64,000 nt of DNA from NCBI RefSeq assembly GCF_009914755.1, contig NC_060926.1; one strand, written 5' to 3'. Below are positions 1 through 15,340 of this stretch, one piece after another. The stretch's first letter is position 1, and each line of letters opens with the position of its first letter. The notes below the pieces were generated by a model. That model did no database searches. It saw only the letters and a list, made by a program, of their open reading frames with translations, and had not been told where the DNA came from. This DNA is from the human T2T-CHM13v2.0 reference genome, Homo sapiens. The translations under genes were made by a program, and so were the position numbers.

Positions 1-354
1 TACTAAAGTCCACCTGTAATATCAACCCCAGGGCTTAGTGGGATTAAATATGGAAGCATCCATTTATTTAAAATAATTTTCTGTTTTATTCATTCCACAT
101 AAGATGTAAGAATACTTATAAACAAATAACACTAAATGATAAAATAAATAGCTAAAGAGGTCATGTTGGAAGAGAAGAGCAAGAAAATAAAATCCAAGGG
201 GAGTGACAGTCATACAAGGACACACAAGGCCCTGGGATTATGGGAGGGTTCCACAGGTATGGAGATCCCTTACCATGTGAACTCTAGCAATCTAAATATT
301 TATATAAAGTCTGGTTTAAATGTTTATGAAAATTCACTATCCAAATAAAAAATT

Positions 355-886
<532 letters not shown>

Positions 887-1049
887 CTAAGGGTTCTTGT
901 GGGCATCCCTCACATTGGTGTTTAGAGGTACCCCGGAGCAGAAAGTAAGAGGTACAGGTACACAGGCTCAGTGCAAGGTCACCATGCACAGAGTTGTGGA
1001 AGCTGTGGAACTGGACTCTGTGGCAGTGGCTGGAGGAGGTAAAGATGTA

Positions 1050-1870
<821 letters not shown>

Positions 1871-1887
1871 ATGAAAATAAGGAGTGG

Positions 1888-2195
1888 GGCCGGGCACAGT
1901 GGCTCGCATCTGTCATCCTAGCACTTTGAGAGGCCGAAGTGGGCAGATTACTTGAGGTCAGGAGTTTGAGATCCTCCTGATCAACATGGTGAAACCCATT
2001 TCTACTAAAAATGCAAAAATTAGCTGAGTGTGGTGGTACGCACCTGTAGTCCCAGCTAATGGGGAGGCTGAGTCAGGAGAATCACTTGAAACCTGGGAGA
2101 TGGAGGTTGCAGTGAGCCAAGATCATGCCACTACACTCCAGCCTGTGTGACAGTGGGAGACTCTGACTCAAAATAATAACAATAATAATAATAAT
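1888..2195 (+). mobile_element. AluS-family element with (AAT)n tail
   Basis: Full dimer; TSD-like AATAAGGAGTGG / AATAATGAGTGG. Confidence 0.93.
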
Positions 2196-2309
2196 AATGA
2201 GTGGACCGCACATAATTCAAAATCATGTTTTCTGTTAAAAACTTAGAGAGAAGATATTTGCCACAGACCCTCAGGGGCAGGTCCAAATACTTTAAGAATG
2301 AAACAGGTG

Positions 2310-2758
2310 AACCTAGTGACTTGGTTCTAACAAAAAGAATACAGCAAAGATGATGGGATGTTACTTATGAGATTAGGTTACAAAAAGACTGGCTCTGTCT
2401 CGCTCACCCTTGCTTGCTCATTCTTGTTTGCTGACTCTGGGGGAAGCATGCTGCCATGTTTGTGCCGCCTACGGAGAGCCCCACATGGCAAGGAACTGAA
2501 GGAGGCCTCTGGCCAACAGCCATTGCAAACTGAGGCCCGCAGGCCAACAACTCACAAGGAACCAAATCCTGCCACTAATGCTTGCGTGTTTGGAAGCAAA
2601 TGAGTCAACAGCACCAAATGACACCTTGATTGAGGCCTTGTAAGAGACTCAGTTAAGTTGCAACTAAATTCCTGCTCTACAGAAACTATAAGATAATAAA
2701 CGTTGTTTTAGGTTGCTAATTTTGGGGGTTAAATTTGTTACCTAGCAAAGGATAATAC
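2310..2758 (+). mobile_element. MLT1-family MaLR LTR
   Basis: GAGATTAGGTTACAAAAAGAC, GGCAAGGAACTGAAGGAGGCCTC, AGAAACTATAAGATAATAAA, ending ATAATACA. Confidence 0.8.
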
Positions 2759-3050
2759 AAAAAGGCTTTGTGAAAAAAATTTTACTAGTTTTTAACATGT
2801 TGGCACATCAAAGAATGTCTTGGTCATAGGAGATTTTCATTCATGTAGAACAACTTATTCCTTGATATTGTCAGTAAATAAAGTTAGTGTGCAATACAAA
2901 GTTTGACAAGTTCAAACCTAGCCAGAGAGCAAATGTACATCCCCAACACATAATAGGTGCTTACTAACTACAAGCAGAACTGAGTTGATAGACCAGAGGG
3001 AACAAAGAACCCAGAAAGATAGAAAAAGAGATTCCAGTGGATCCAATAGG

Positions 3051-3248
3051 CCAGAGGTTCTCAACCTCAGCATGAATCAGAATCACCCACAGGGAAGGGC
3101 TTGGTTTAACCACTCATTACTGGGGCCCATCTTCAGAGTTTCTGATTCAGTAGGTCTGAGGTGACGACAAAGAACCTGCATTTCTGAGGTTTCCAGGTGA
3201 TGTCAAAGCTGCTGGTCCAAAGACCACACTTTGAAAACCACTACACTA
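3051..3248. mobile_element. MER5A DNA transposon
   Basis: GGTTCTCAACC...TCTGATTCAGTAGGTCTGAGG...GACCACACTTTGAAAACCACT. Confidence 0.85.
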
Positions 3249-3459
3249 AGCAACAGTTTTCTGCTGGGGGATGACATGAGAATAGTGTATACAGACCATT
3301 CTTGATGTATCAGAGGATAGCAAGGCTGAATGAAGGGAGACAGACTTGGGGCAGTTTTGAAGCTCTTGCTCAGGTAGCCAGGTGGTGGTACTGGGGAGCA
3401 AAGAACTTCACAGCCAAGGAAAATTAAACAAGAAATATTGAAGGGGCTTGCTGAGTTCA

Positions 3460-4372
<913 letters not shown>

Positions 4373-5811
4373 TTAACCAGGAAAAAAAAAGTTTTTAATT
4401 GCAGTTTAAACAATCTCCAGCTACAGAGGGAGAAAATAAAATTACTGTCATTCCTAATGAAACAGCCACACAGCCAGGTTTGCCAGACATCAGTTAGAGA
4501 GATGAAGTACCATTCAGCATAGCTTCTACAAGTCAGGTGCTCTGAGCTCTATTTACTGCTATAATTAACTATACCAGTTCTGTTTGCCTGATAGGATTGT
4601 CTTTGGGCTTTCAGATGGTCCTGGCTTCCTCTAGGATCATCAGCTGGAGCACCTGAAAGCCATTCAAGCTCTTTAGATTTGTGCCTGATCTGATTTACAG
4701 ATCAGAACACAGTGCAATTTTCTCTACTGACATCCATCGATTCTGTGTCCAAGTTGAAAATCATTCAAGTAGTCAAAAGAGTACATGATTGTATTTATTC
4801 ATGGGCTGTTTTTGAAATGCATTTTTTCTGTGATGTTCCAGAGACAGTAGTGTTAATAGAGTGCTTTCCAAAACACACAGCCCATGGGGGTAACCATTTC
4901 CAGGTTTATGGCATCTATCAGCAGATGTCCTAAGCTATGGGTGGTGGGGCAGTCAGCAGAGAAGGCCTTCTTTTCATCTGCACCTTGGCATGCTTCCCTG
5001 AAGACTTGATTACTTTTGCACTTTTCTTATAATTTCTTGCAAGTTGTTCAAGCATTCTAATGTGACTAGGGTAATGCCTAAGTAACAACTTGAGAAACCA
5101 GCTTATTTTTGCTATTTGGGACTATGGCTGCCTTCCAGCAATTTCTAATACCAAGACAATGCCTTTACAACCGGCAGCATTAAAGCACTGTCCAAATATA
5201 CTCATGGTTGATTTATAGGGAAGAGAGGGGGCAGAGCATCTCCAGGGTTACAAGGATGAAAATTTATACCCAAAGAACTTCCAGTCTAGCTTGGAGGCGG
5301 GAGATTGGAGGGGGTGCGGAAGCTCGGTGGACATTTGTGAACAACCGAACAAGCAGGCTGGTATAAAATTTCAGGGCCAAAATAAAGCATCCCAAGTGGA
5401 AAATCACACATTTTAAATCTTTTTAAAAATGTAATTAGCATAATTGAGCTAATTTCCAGGATTATCAATGGTTGTTTCCGTAACAGAAATGAATAGAGTC
5501 TCCTGGATCTGAAAAGTGAACAAAAACAGAGGGAATCTTTTTCTGCCTCCTATTTACTTGGTTATTAAAATTATTTCTTGAGTAAACATTTTAACAAGCA
5601 AGTGCCCTGGTTTCCCCATCTCTTCTTTGTGGGCCTCCTTGGCACGGAGCTAAACATCTACATGCTCATGGACTATTAGCAAAGCGTTTATGGATAAATA
5701 CAGAAATTACAATATTTTGTTTTGTTTTGACTTCATCTTTTAAAACAAAAATTCTACTTAAAGGTGCTAACAGATATATTTTCAACCTGAACTAAAGCAA
5801 ATATGTGGTTT

Positions 5812-6159
5812 TTTTGTTTATTTATGTTTTGTTTTTTGAGACAAGGTCTCACTCTGTCACCCAGGCTGGAGTGCAGTGGCTCAATCTTGGCTCACTACAA
5901 CCTCCGCCTCCTGGGTTCAAGGGATTCTTGTGCCTCAGCCTCCTATTTACTGCTATAATTAACTATACCAGTTCTGTTTACCTGATAGCTGGGATTACAG
6001 GCACATACCACCATGCCCAGCTAAATTTTTTTTGTATTTTTAGTAGAGATGGGGTTTCACCATGTTGGCCAGGCTGGTCTCGAACTCCTGACCTCAAGTA
6101 ATTCACCCGCCTTGGCCTCCCAAAGTGCTAGGATTACAGGCATGAGCCACCGTGCCCGG
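5812..6159 (-). mobile_element. AluS-family element carrying a non-Alu insert at 5943-5988
   Basis: Antisense Alu; TSD CAAATATGTG on both sides. Confidence 0.95.
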
Positions 6160-7013
6160 CAAATATGTGTTTTTTAATTGAAGTATAAAATGCTTTTAGA
6201 CCAAGATAACAGGGGTACTTACTGGCAGAACTGCCATATAGTAAAACAGGTTTCCCACCCCATTATGAGGCCAGGCTAACGTTAATGTGTCTCCATTCTA
6301 TCTGCAAGTTTCAGGGTAAACCTGCTCCAGATATCTGTATTTAGTTTCTCTGGGGCCAACCTCCTCTGCAAGATTTAAAGCTTACAAAATGACCAAAAGC
6401 TATCAAAAGCGTGAATATCACCAGGTCTTTTAAGTACTTGTGCTGTCCATTTTCTCATACTCATCAGATTTTTGCTTATGGCAACCCAGACCCACAAGTT
6501 CATTTACTCTAGTCAGGTTGTTTACATCCACTTTGAAGGTCTTTTCAGTTAACCTTTTTCCTGACCCACCCCACAATTTCCTCTAGTTTGTTATTTGATG
6601 ACTATACCAATATTTTACCTAAGTCATTTGCTTCCTTCCTATTGAAAGCTTTTTTTACTGCGACCACCGCCCTCTTTCAGAGAGCTCACGTCTCTCTTCC
6701 TGAGCAAGGATCCAAGGTTTTCTTCAAGCTGGACTCTGCACTACTCAGTCTCAGTTAATAGCTCTTAGTAAAACTCCCCTTTTTGAACTGCTGGTTGGGG
6801 GACAGTATGAATTATAAACTCAGTTACAGAGTTTATGTTACACAATTATGTAACATAATTGTGAGCACTTAGAAGAACAGGGTTTAAAGTTAATAAAACA
6901 TTTCAAGGGACGGGCCTTCTAGGCCTGTTATAATTAACAGGTAAGCATCATTCATTTCATTTAGTGTGTCACTTGTTTCTGCGAAAAGAGTTCATTCTCT
7001 AAAATGGTTTTCT

Positions 7014-7358
<345 letters not shown>

Positions 7359-7845
7359 TTAGTCAATTACAGTCATGTGCTACGTAATTTATGTTTGGGT
7401 CAATGACAGTATATATGACACTGGTCCTGTAAGATTATAATGGAGCTGAAAAACTCCTATTGCCTACTGACACTGTAGACATCAGGACTTCATAGCACAA
7501 CTCATTACTTACGTGTGGATGGTGATGCCCCTGCAGACCTTCCAATGGGAGAAGTTGTGGAAGTGGAAGACAGGAATACTGATGATGCTGACTTTGCATA
7601 GGCCTAGGCTAATGTGTGTGCATCTTAGTTTTTAACAAAAAAAGTTTAAAAAGTAAAATAAATAAATAAGAACCTTGAAAACAGAAATACAGATTATAAA
7701 GAAAAAATATTTTTATACAGCTGTACAATATGTTTGCATTTTAAGCTAAGTGTTATAACAAAAAAGTCAACAAGTTTTTTTTCATTTTATAAGTTTATAA
7801 AATAAAAGCTATAGTAAGCTAAGGTAAATTTATTGTTATTAATTT

Positions 7846-8086
7846 ATTTTTCAGATGGGGTGTCCCTCTGCTGCTCAGGTTGGAGTGCAGTGGTACAATC
7901 ATGGCTCACTGCAGCCTCAGCCTCCCCAGGCTCAGGTGATCCTCCACCTCAGTTTTTGTATTTTTAGTAAGAGACAGGGTTTCGCCATGTTGCCCAGGCT
8001 GGTCTCAAACTCCTGGGCTCAAGCAATCCACTCACCTTGGCCTCCTAAAGTGCTAGGATTACAGGTGTGAGCCACCACATCCGGCC
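7846..8086 (-). mobile_element. AluJ-like element with internal deletion
   Basis: Antisense Alu missing part of the right arm. Confidence 0.88.
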
Positions 8087-8105
8087 AAAATTTATTATTA
8101 AAGAA

Positions 8106-8390
<285 letters not shown>

Positions 8391-9207
8391 ATGAAAAAAT
8401 AAATTTTTAAAATAAATTTAATATGGCCTAAGTGTACAGTGTTTATAAAATCTACGCTAGTGTACAGTGGTGTCACAGGCCTTCACATTCACTCACCACT
8501 CACTCATTGACTCACCCAGAGCAACTTCCAGTCCTGCAAGTGCTATTCATAGTAAGTGTCCTATACTGGTGTGCCGTTTTTAATCTTACTGTACCTTTTC
8601 TATGTTTAGATATACAAATACTTACCATTGTATTACAGTTGCCTACCAGTATTTAGTAGGCACGCTGTATAGGTTTGTAGCCTAGAAGCAATAGACTCTG
8701 CCGTGTAACCTAGGTGTGTAGGAGGCTATACCATCTAGGTTTGTATAAGTACATTCTATGATGTTCCCAAATGACAAAATAGCCTAACAACAGAATGTAT
8801 TCTCATCATTATGCAATGCATGACTGTATTTAATAAATTTTATTCTCATCACTAGTGCAAAGGCAAAGTCAAAAGATCACTAACTCCAAAATAGCAGATT
8901 CTGAATCTAAAAGCTGGAGGCATCCTTTGACTGCCCAAGGCAGAGATGAGGTGTGCATTTTAGTTTTTACAAAGAGCACTAAAGGCTTCCCCCTATCCTA
9001 TCCCTAAAGCGACCTAAAGTAATCACTTTACACTTCACCACTTCTTGTTCTGGGCCTTGGAGTCTAGGGCATTACTCAGTATTTACCCTTTTTTCTCATG
9101 GAAAATACCTATTGTTTAACTCTACTTCATACCTAAAATGTACTGGCTTCTCAAGTCAATCTTCCTGAAAATTTTCCCAGTGTGAAGATGGCACCAAGAA
9201 GTGTTTT

Positions 9208-9266
9208 TTTCTTTATTATTATTATTGTTATTTTTAATGTATAGCCACACAGACCCAACAGCAAGA
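9208..9266 (-). other. Tiny polyadenylated retroposed insert of unknown source
   Basis: Flanked by exact 20-bp direct repeat ATGGCACCAAGAAGTGTTTT; A-rich tail on minus strand; TT/AAAA site. Confidence 0.7.
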
Positions 9267-9286
9267 ATGGCACCAAGAAGTGTTTT

Positions 9287-10098
9287 AACAAATGCTGGCA
9301 AGGATGTGGCGAAAAGGGAATCAAAAGGATTCCCTTTTCACACTGCTATCACACTGTTGATGGGAATGTAAATTAGTACAACCACTATGGAGAACAGCTT
9401 TGAGTCTCCTCAAAAAACTAAAAATAGAGCCACCATGTGATCCAGCAATCCCACTGCTGGGCATATACCCAAAAGGAAGGAAATCAATATATTAAAAAGA
9501 TATCTGCACTCCCATGTTTATTGCAGCTCTGTTCTCAATAGCCAAGATTTGGAAGCAACCTAAATGTCCATCAACAGATGCATAAAGAAAATGTGGCATT
9601 TTTCCACAATGGAGTACTATTCAGCCATAAAAAAGAACGAGATTCAGTCATTTGCAACAACATGGATGGAACTAAAGGTCGTTATGTTAAGTGAAATAAG
9701 CCAAGCAAAGAGAGACAAACATTGAATGTTCTCTCTTACATGTGGGATCTAAAAATCAGGATATAGAGAGTAAAAAGATGGTTACCAGAGACTGGGAAGG
9801 GTAGTGGGAGAGTGAGGTGGAGGTGAGAATGATTAATGAGTACAGTTAGAATGAATAAGGCCTAGTATTTAATAGCATAACAGGGTGACGATAGTCAATA
9901 ATAATTTCATTGTACATTTCCAAATAACTAAAAGAATATAATTGGATTGTTTGTAACACAAAGGATAAATGCTTGAGGGGATGGATACCCCATCTTCCAT
10001 GATGTGATTATTATGCATTGCATACCTGTATCATAACATCTCATGTACCCAATAAATATATATACCTACTATGTACCCACAAAAATTTAAAAAAAAAA
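9287..10098 (+). mobile_element. L1MA-family 3' end
   Basis: AACAAATGCTGGCAAGGATGTGG...GATCCAGCAATCCCACTGCTGGG...ATGTACCCACAAAAATTTAAAA. Confidence 0.93.
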
Positions 10099-10812
10099 GT
10101 GGTTAAAATTGCCAGATGAAAGAGACCTGGGAAAATTACCATTAGTTCCCCAAGTCAGTTTTCCTAGTGACCAGGTATAAATTTGGCAGATGATGTAACC
10201 TGTGTTGACAGACTAGAGCTCTGTATCATAAACATACAAGCTGACCACTATGCACATATTCTAGGCTTAATAATAGAAATATAAATTAATAAAGCTCACC
10301 TTTCAGCTCTATGACAATAGAGTCTGAACATGGGCTGACTGTCAAGAGATGTGAATATAATACTGCCCCATCATTAATTATAATCTATATTACAGAGCAA
10401 TTCAGTGGAATGGTAGGCTAATGGGACCTTCTGCTCAAAATCAGGTGGAGGTGGGGCAGATTAATTTCACCATCTGTTATTTTATCAGTAAAGTTCTACT
10501 CTTTAATTTTGAAACCTTTTCAGTTTCGATGAATCCTCTATTGAAATGCAAATAACTCTTAAAGGGGTTATACCAGTCTTTTATCAGTTGACATTATAAA
10601 CAGTTTGTATTTGAGCAGAGACAGGTACAAATGCAATACAGGCTGGGGAGAGAAGGAAAAACTGGGGCCGATGAGAGAGGAAGGAGGACACTGAAAAAAA
10701 ATGTGTTACCCTTACAAAACTGCTTGTTGAGGACCAACTTAATTCTACTTGCAATTACCCCTGCTGACCATCTCTGGATCACGGTTGATGGCTTTCTTGA
10801 ACAGAAAGTCAG

Positions 10813-11187
10813 TGTATTAGTTCGTTTTCACACTGCTATAAAGGACTGCCCAAGACTGGGTAATTTATGAAGGAAAGAGGTTTAATTGACTCACAGTTCA
10901 GCGTGACTGGGGAGGCCTCAGGAAATTTACAATCACGGAGAAGGGCGAAGGGTAAGCAAGACACCTTCTTCACAAGCCATCAGGAAGAAATGCCGAGTGA
11001 AGCGGGAAGAGCCCCTTATAAAACCATCGGATCTCCTGAGAACTCACTCAGTATCACGAGAACAGCATGAGGGAAACGGCCCCATGATTCAATTACCTCC
11101 ACCTGGTTTCTTCCTTGACACGTGGGGATTATGGGGATTACAACTCAAGATGAGATTTAGGTGGGGACACAAAGCCTAACCATATCA
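10813..11187 (-). mobile_element. THE1 (THE1D-like) solo LTR
   Basis: TG...CA termini, THE1 consensus motifs, exact 5-bp TSD GTCAG. Confidence 0.93.
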
Positions 11188-12479
11188 GTCAGGCTTCTTA
11201 ACTTGGATAACAAACATAGCAACCTTACCACTTGCTGGCCTTGAATCCAAGGCATGTCCATCTTCCTTATATCAGTAAATGAATCCATATTTGCTTAACT
11301 TTTTAAAAGTGCTCAGGTGTCTAGCTGTGATTTTCACCTGGGACCCTCATCTTCACAGAAAAGTGCAACACATGACCCTTTTTTGCTTTTCTCTTTTCAG
11401 TAATATCAAAACTATCCCTGCAATGCCAGAAGGCTGGAGATCTGCATTTGAAAATAATGAAGGATAGGGAAGACTTATTTGAAATTTTCTTCTTGGCAGT
11501 TCAAAATGTCTAGTCCAACCACTAATTGAATTAACAGACAAAATGAACCCCAAACAGCAGTATTGCTGGTACAAAGGAAGGAAGTTATGAATACAAATTG
11601 TGGCCTCATGATCAGTTGCAGAAACCACTCAACACACACATAATTATAGATAATAACCAATAATAGAGATACTGAGCATGTTTTCATTTGCACAAAGGAT
11701 CATGGCATTTTGTTAGGTGAGAGCATGTTTGGATTGCTACTGTTGTTTAGAAATTAAAGTATGGACAGAAGGATATGTAGAGATGTTAACTGGCCAAAGG
11801 AGTGGAATATGTTAGTGTTGGTGGGTCATTTTTAGCATTGATTCCAAACTCCTTATAGAGGATCTTCCTGTATTGCAGAAGCTGGAGAGCTTAAAACCAC
11901 ATTTCTGATTTCCTGAATTCTAAGGTAGTAGATTGGATACACATCTTATTTCTCTTCCTCTTGAAATCCTACACAAGGTACAATAAAGAGATTTATTTTC
12001 TAAAAAAGATGTAATCCCTCTGGAACTGGGTGAACAAGAGTAGAGACAAGAACAACAATATTTCAGAAGCTGGATAGTGGCAGTGAAGAAAGCAAAGAAA
12101 CAAATCAATTTACATTGCAAAAGTCTCAAAAGTTTCAACAACTATTTATACCAGGTAACAATGGAATTGTGGTGAAGGGGCATCATGCTGATATAAGGAG
12201 GATTGGGTGAAAGATGATTGAGAAGTAGTGAAGCCCTTAAAGCTGCTTCCCCCACTCGATACTGCTGGGGAACTGTCCTCCTGTATCCTAGTATAGCCTG
12301 GATGTTTACTCATTTTGAAGGAAAAAGAGAGTATTAGGACAGGGGAATGTCAGGCCCCACTGAGGGCTGGGTTCTGTACCAACAAATGGTTCACCCAGAT
12401 GGGCCAAAGGTAAATTTCTAGATTGGTAAGGCCCACTCACTTGCTCAGAGCTTCTAGTGTTTTCATTCCTCACTTGTTT

Positions 12480-12645
12480 TTAGTTTTATTTTTTTTAAAT
12501 TGGGTGGGTTTTTTAAGGTATAATTTATACAGTAGTGCAATGCACAGATTGTAAGTATACAGTTTAAGCAGTTTTGACAAATGTGTACACCCATGTAACT
12601 CACATCCCTACCAGGATATGGAACATTTCCAACACCCGAGAAAAT
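12480..12645 (-). mobile_element. L1M 3' fragment
   Basis: TTTTGACAAATGTGTACACCCATGTAAC...GAACATTTCCA. Confidence 0.7.
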
Positions 12646-12649
12646 TAGT

Positions 12650-13905
<1,256 letters not shown>

Positions 13906-14379
13906 AGTAGAGATCTTTTTAGAAAATGTGAGGCCAAGGACAGTGGAGGGCCCATGACCATAGCTGTCCTTGCCTCCACAGTAACTCATGGGCATAGTGA
14001 AAACCCGTGCATGGACAATAAAGATGAAATGATGAGACAGTAACAAAGGACGTTTCTAACACACAGGATACACTGAAGCCTGGGGTCTCTCTTTGTCTTA
14101 GCAAAACTCTCCTGACTCTCAAAGACTATAATAAAGGAAAACATTTAAATCTGCCCAAAGAAGAGAAATTCCCCCACATATTAATATGCATGTGTACATG
14201 TTGTGTGTGGGTGTATATGTATACGTGTGTCTATGTGCTTGGATATATATTGAATATCTCTGGATGGATTATGGAAGCAGATATGAAGAAAATTTACTTC
14301 CCACTATCTTCTTCTTCTTCTTTTTTTTTTTTTACCATATTCAGTCATTAGCCATTCAAAAGGATGATTTTATGACCCA

Positions 14380-14660
14380 GCGTGCACGTCTTGGTGGTGC
14401 CATGGTGCGATCGGCCATGGTCTCCTCTAGTAAATGGGCTCAGTGGCCTAGTGTCTCTGTCACTGCCATCCGTGATCACCAGCAGAGGTCCGCAAGGCAT
14501 CGCCACTGCATTTCCACCAGCTCACAAGCAAAAGCAAGGCAGCCAGCCCCTCCAGCGGCTCACTCGTGGCCACCCACGACTACTACTGGAGCCACCTGGG
14601 TTCCACTTGCAGTAACATGCGGAAGAAGTGCCGAGTATCCTGGAGAAGCCATAGCCCTGA
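14380..14660 (+). pseudogene. PPDPF: PPDPF (pancreatic progenitor cell differentiation and proliferation factor) pseudogene fragment: probable 5'UTR plus first ~40 codons
   Basis: 14536 onward reads (K)AASPSSGSLVATHDYYWSHLGSTCSN, frameshift, CGRSAEYPGEAI, versus recalled PPDPF MAAIPSSGSLVATHDYYRRRLGSTSSNSSCSSTECPGEAI; ATG is AAG; GC-rich island in AT-rich flank; the UTR extent is inferred from composition. Confidence 0.88.
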
Positions 14661-14954
14661 TTAGCCTTATGGTAAAATAAATTACGTCCATTCATACCAT
14701 AGAATACTTTGTAGTCATTTAAAAAAGAATGTAAAAAACTCCTCATTCAATGATATAGCATAATATCCAATTATTCTATTAAATGAAAAAGGCAAAGTAT
14801 AGAAGAGAGTTATGATGCAAAAATAGGAGAAAAATATCTCTGACCCTTGCAAACTAAGTTAGATACATTGTCATTGTATTATGTGCTTTGCCTATGTGAT
14901 GCTCATGATAACAATAATTAATGATTATTGCTGTTTAAAAAAAAGGGAAAGAAA

Positions 14955-15340
14955 AACTTCTACATCTCATGCTCCCTTGCAGCTGGTTCTGGATATAAAA
15001 TAGATTGCACCCATCTGATGTATTGTGCAAGATTTGGAAAACAGAGAGACAGGCACCACTTTTTTGTGTTCTTGGCTGTTGCTGCTGCCAGTTATAGTCA
15101 TGGAATTATCGGGGTTTTCTGCAAAACCTGTGTCCAGAGGTTAGCTACACAGACGTCAAGATGCAGTTGCAGTGGCGCTTCCTGATCCCTGAATCTCAGC
15201 CTCTGTGATGTCCTCTTAAACTCAAAAGTTCCAGAGGGGGTGCCAGATTTCCCACCTTTCTGACTCTGGTGCCCCCCTGCCAGGACAGTTCAGTGGTGAT
15301 ATTCTAGTTGTCATTAGGAAGAGCCAAGTCCACCTGACTC
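14955..15340 (+). mobile_element. Old ERVL-type LTR (LTR33-like), continuing at about 17855-17953 after the MaLR insertion
   Basis: CTCCCTTGCAGCTGG motif; distal part ends AGAGTGGTTTGTTTCCTGAACTGATACA. Confidence 0.45.

Noticed and set aside
11370-11490. Strong acceptor followed by a WW-domain-like peptide (MPEGWRSAF…GKTY)
   Set aside because: In-frame stop, a frameshift is needed, spacing is wrong and there is no second Trp or donor; likely chance.
14321-14380. Poly(T) next to the PPDPF relic as the tail of a twin-primed, 5'-inverted retrocopy
   Set aside because: The geometry would fit, but TTTTTTACCAT…ATTCAAAA resembles an old L1ME 3' end and I see no TSD; not supported without an alignment.
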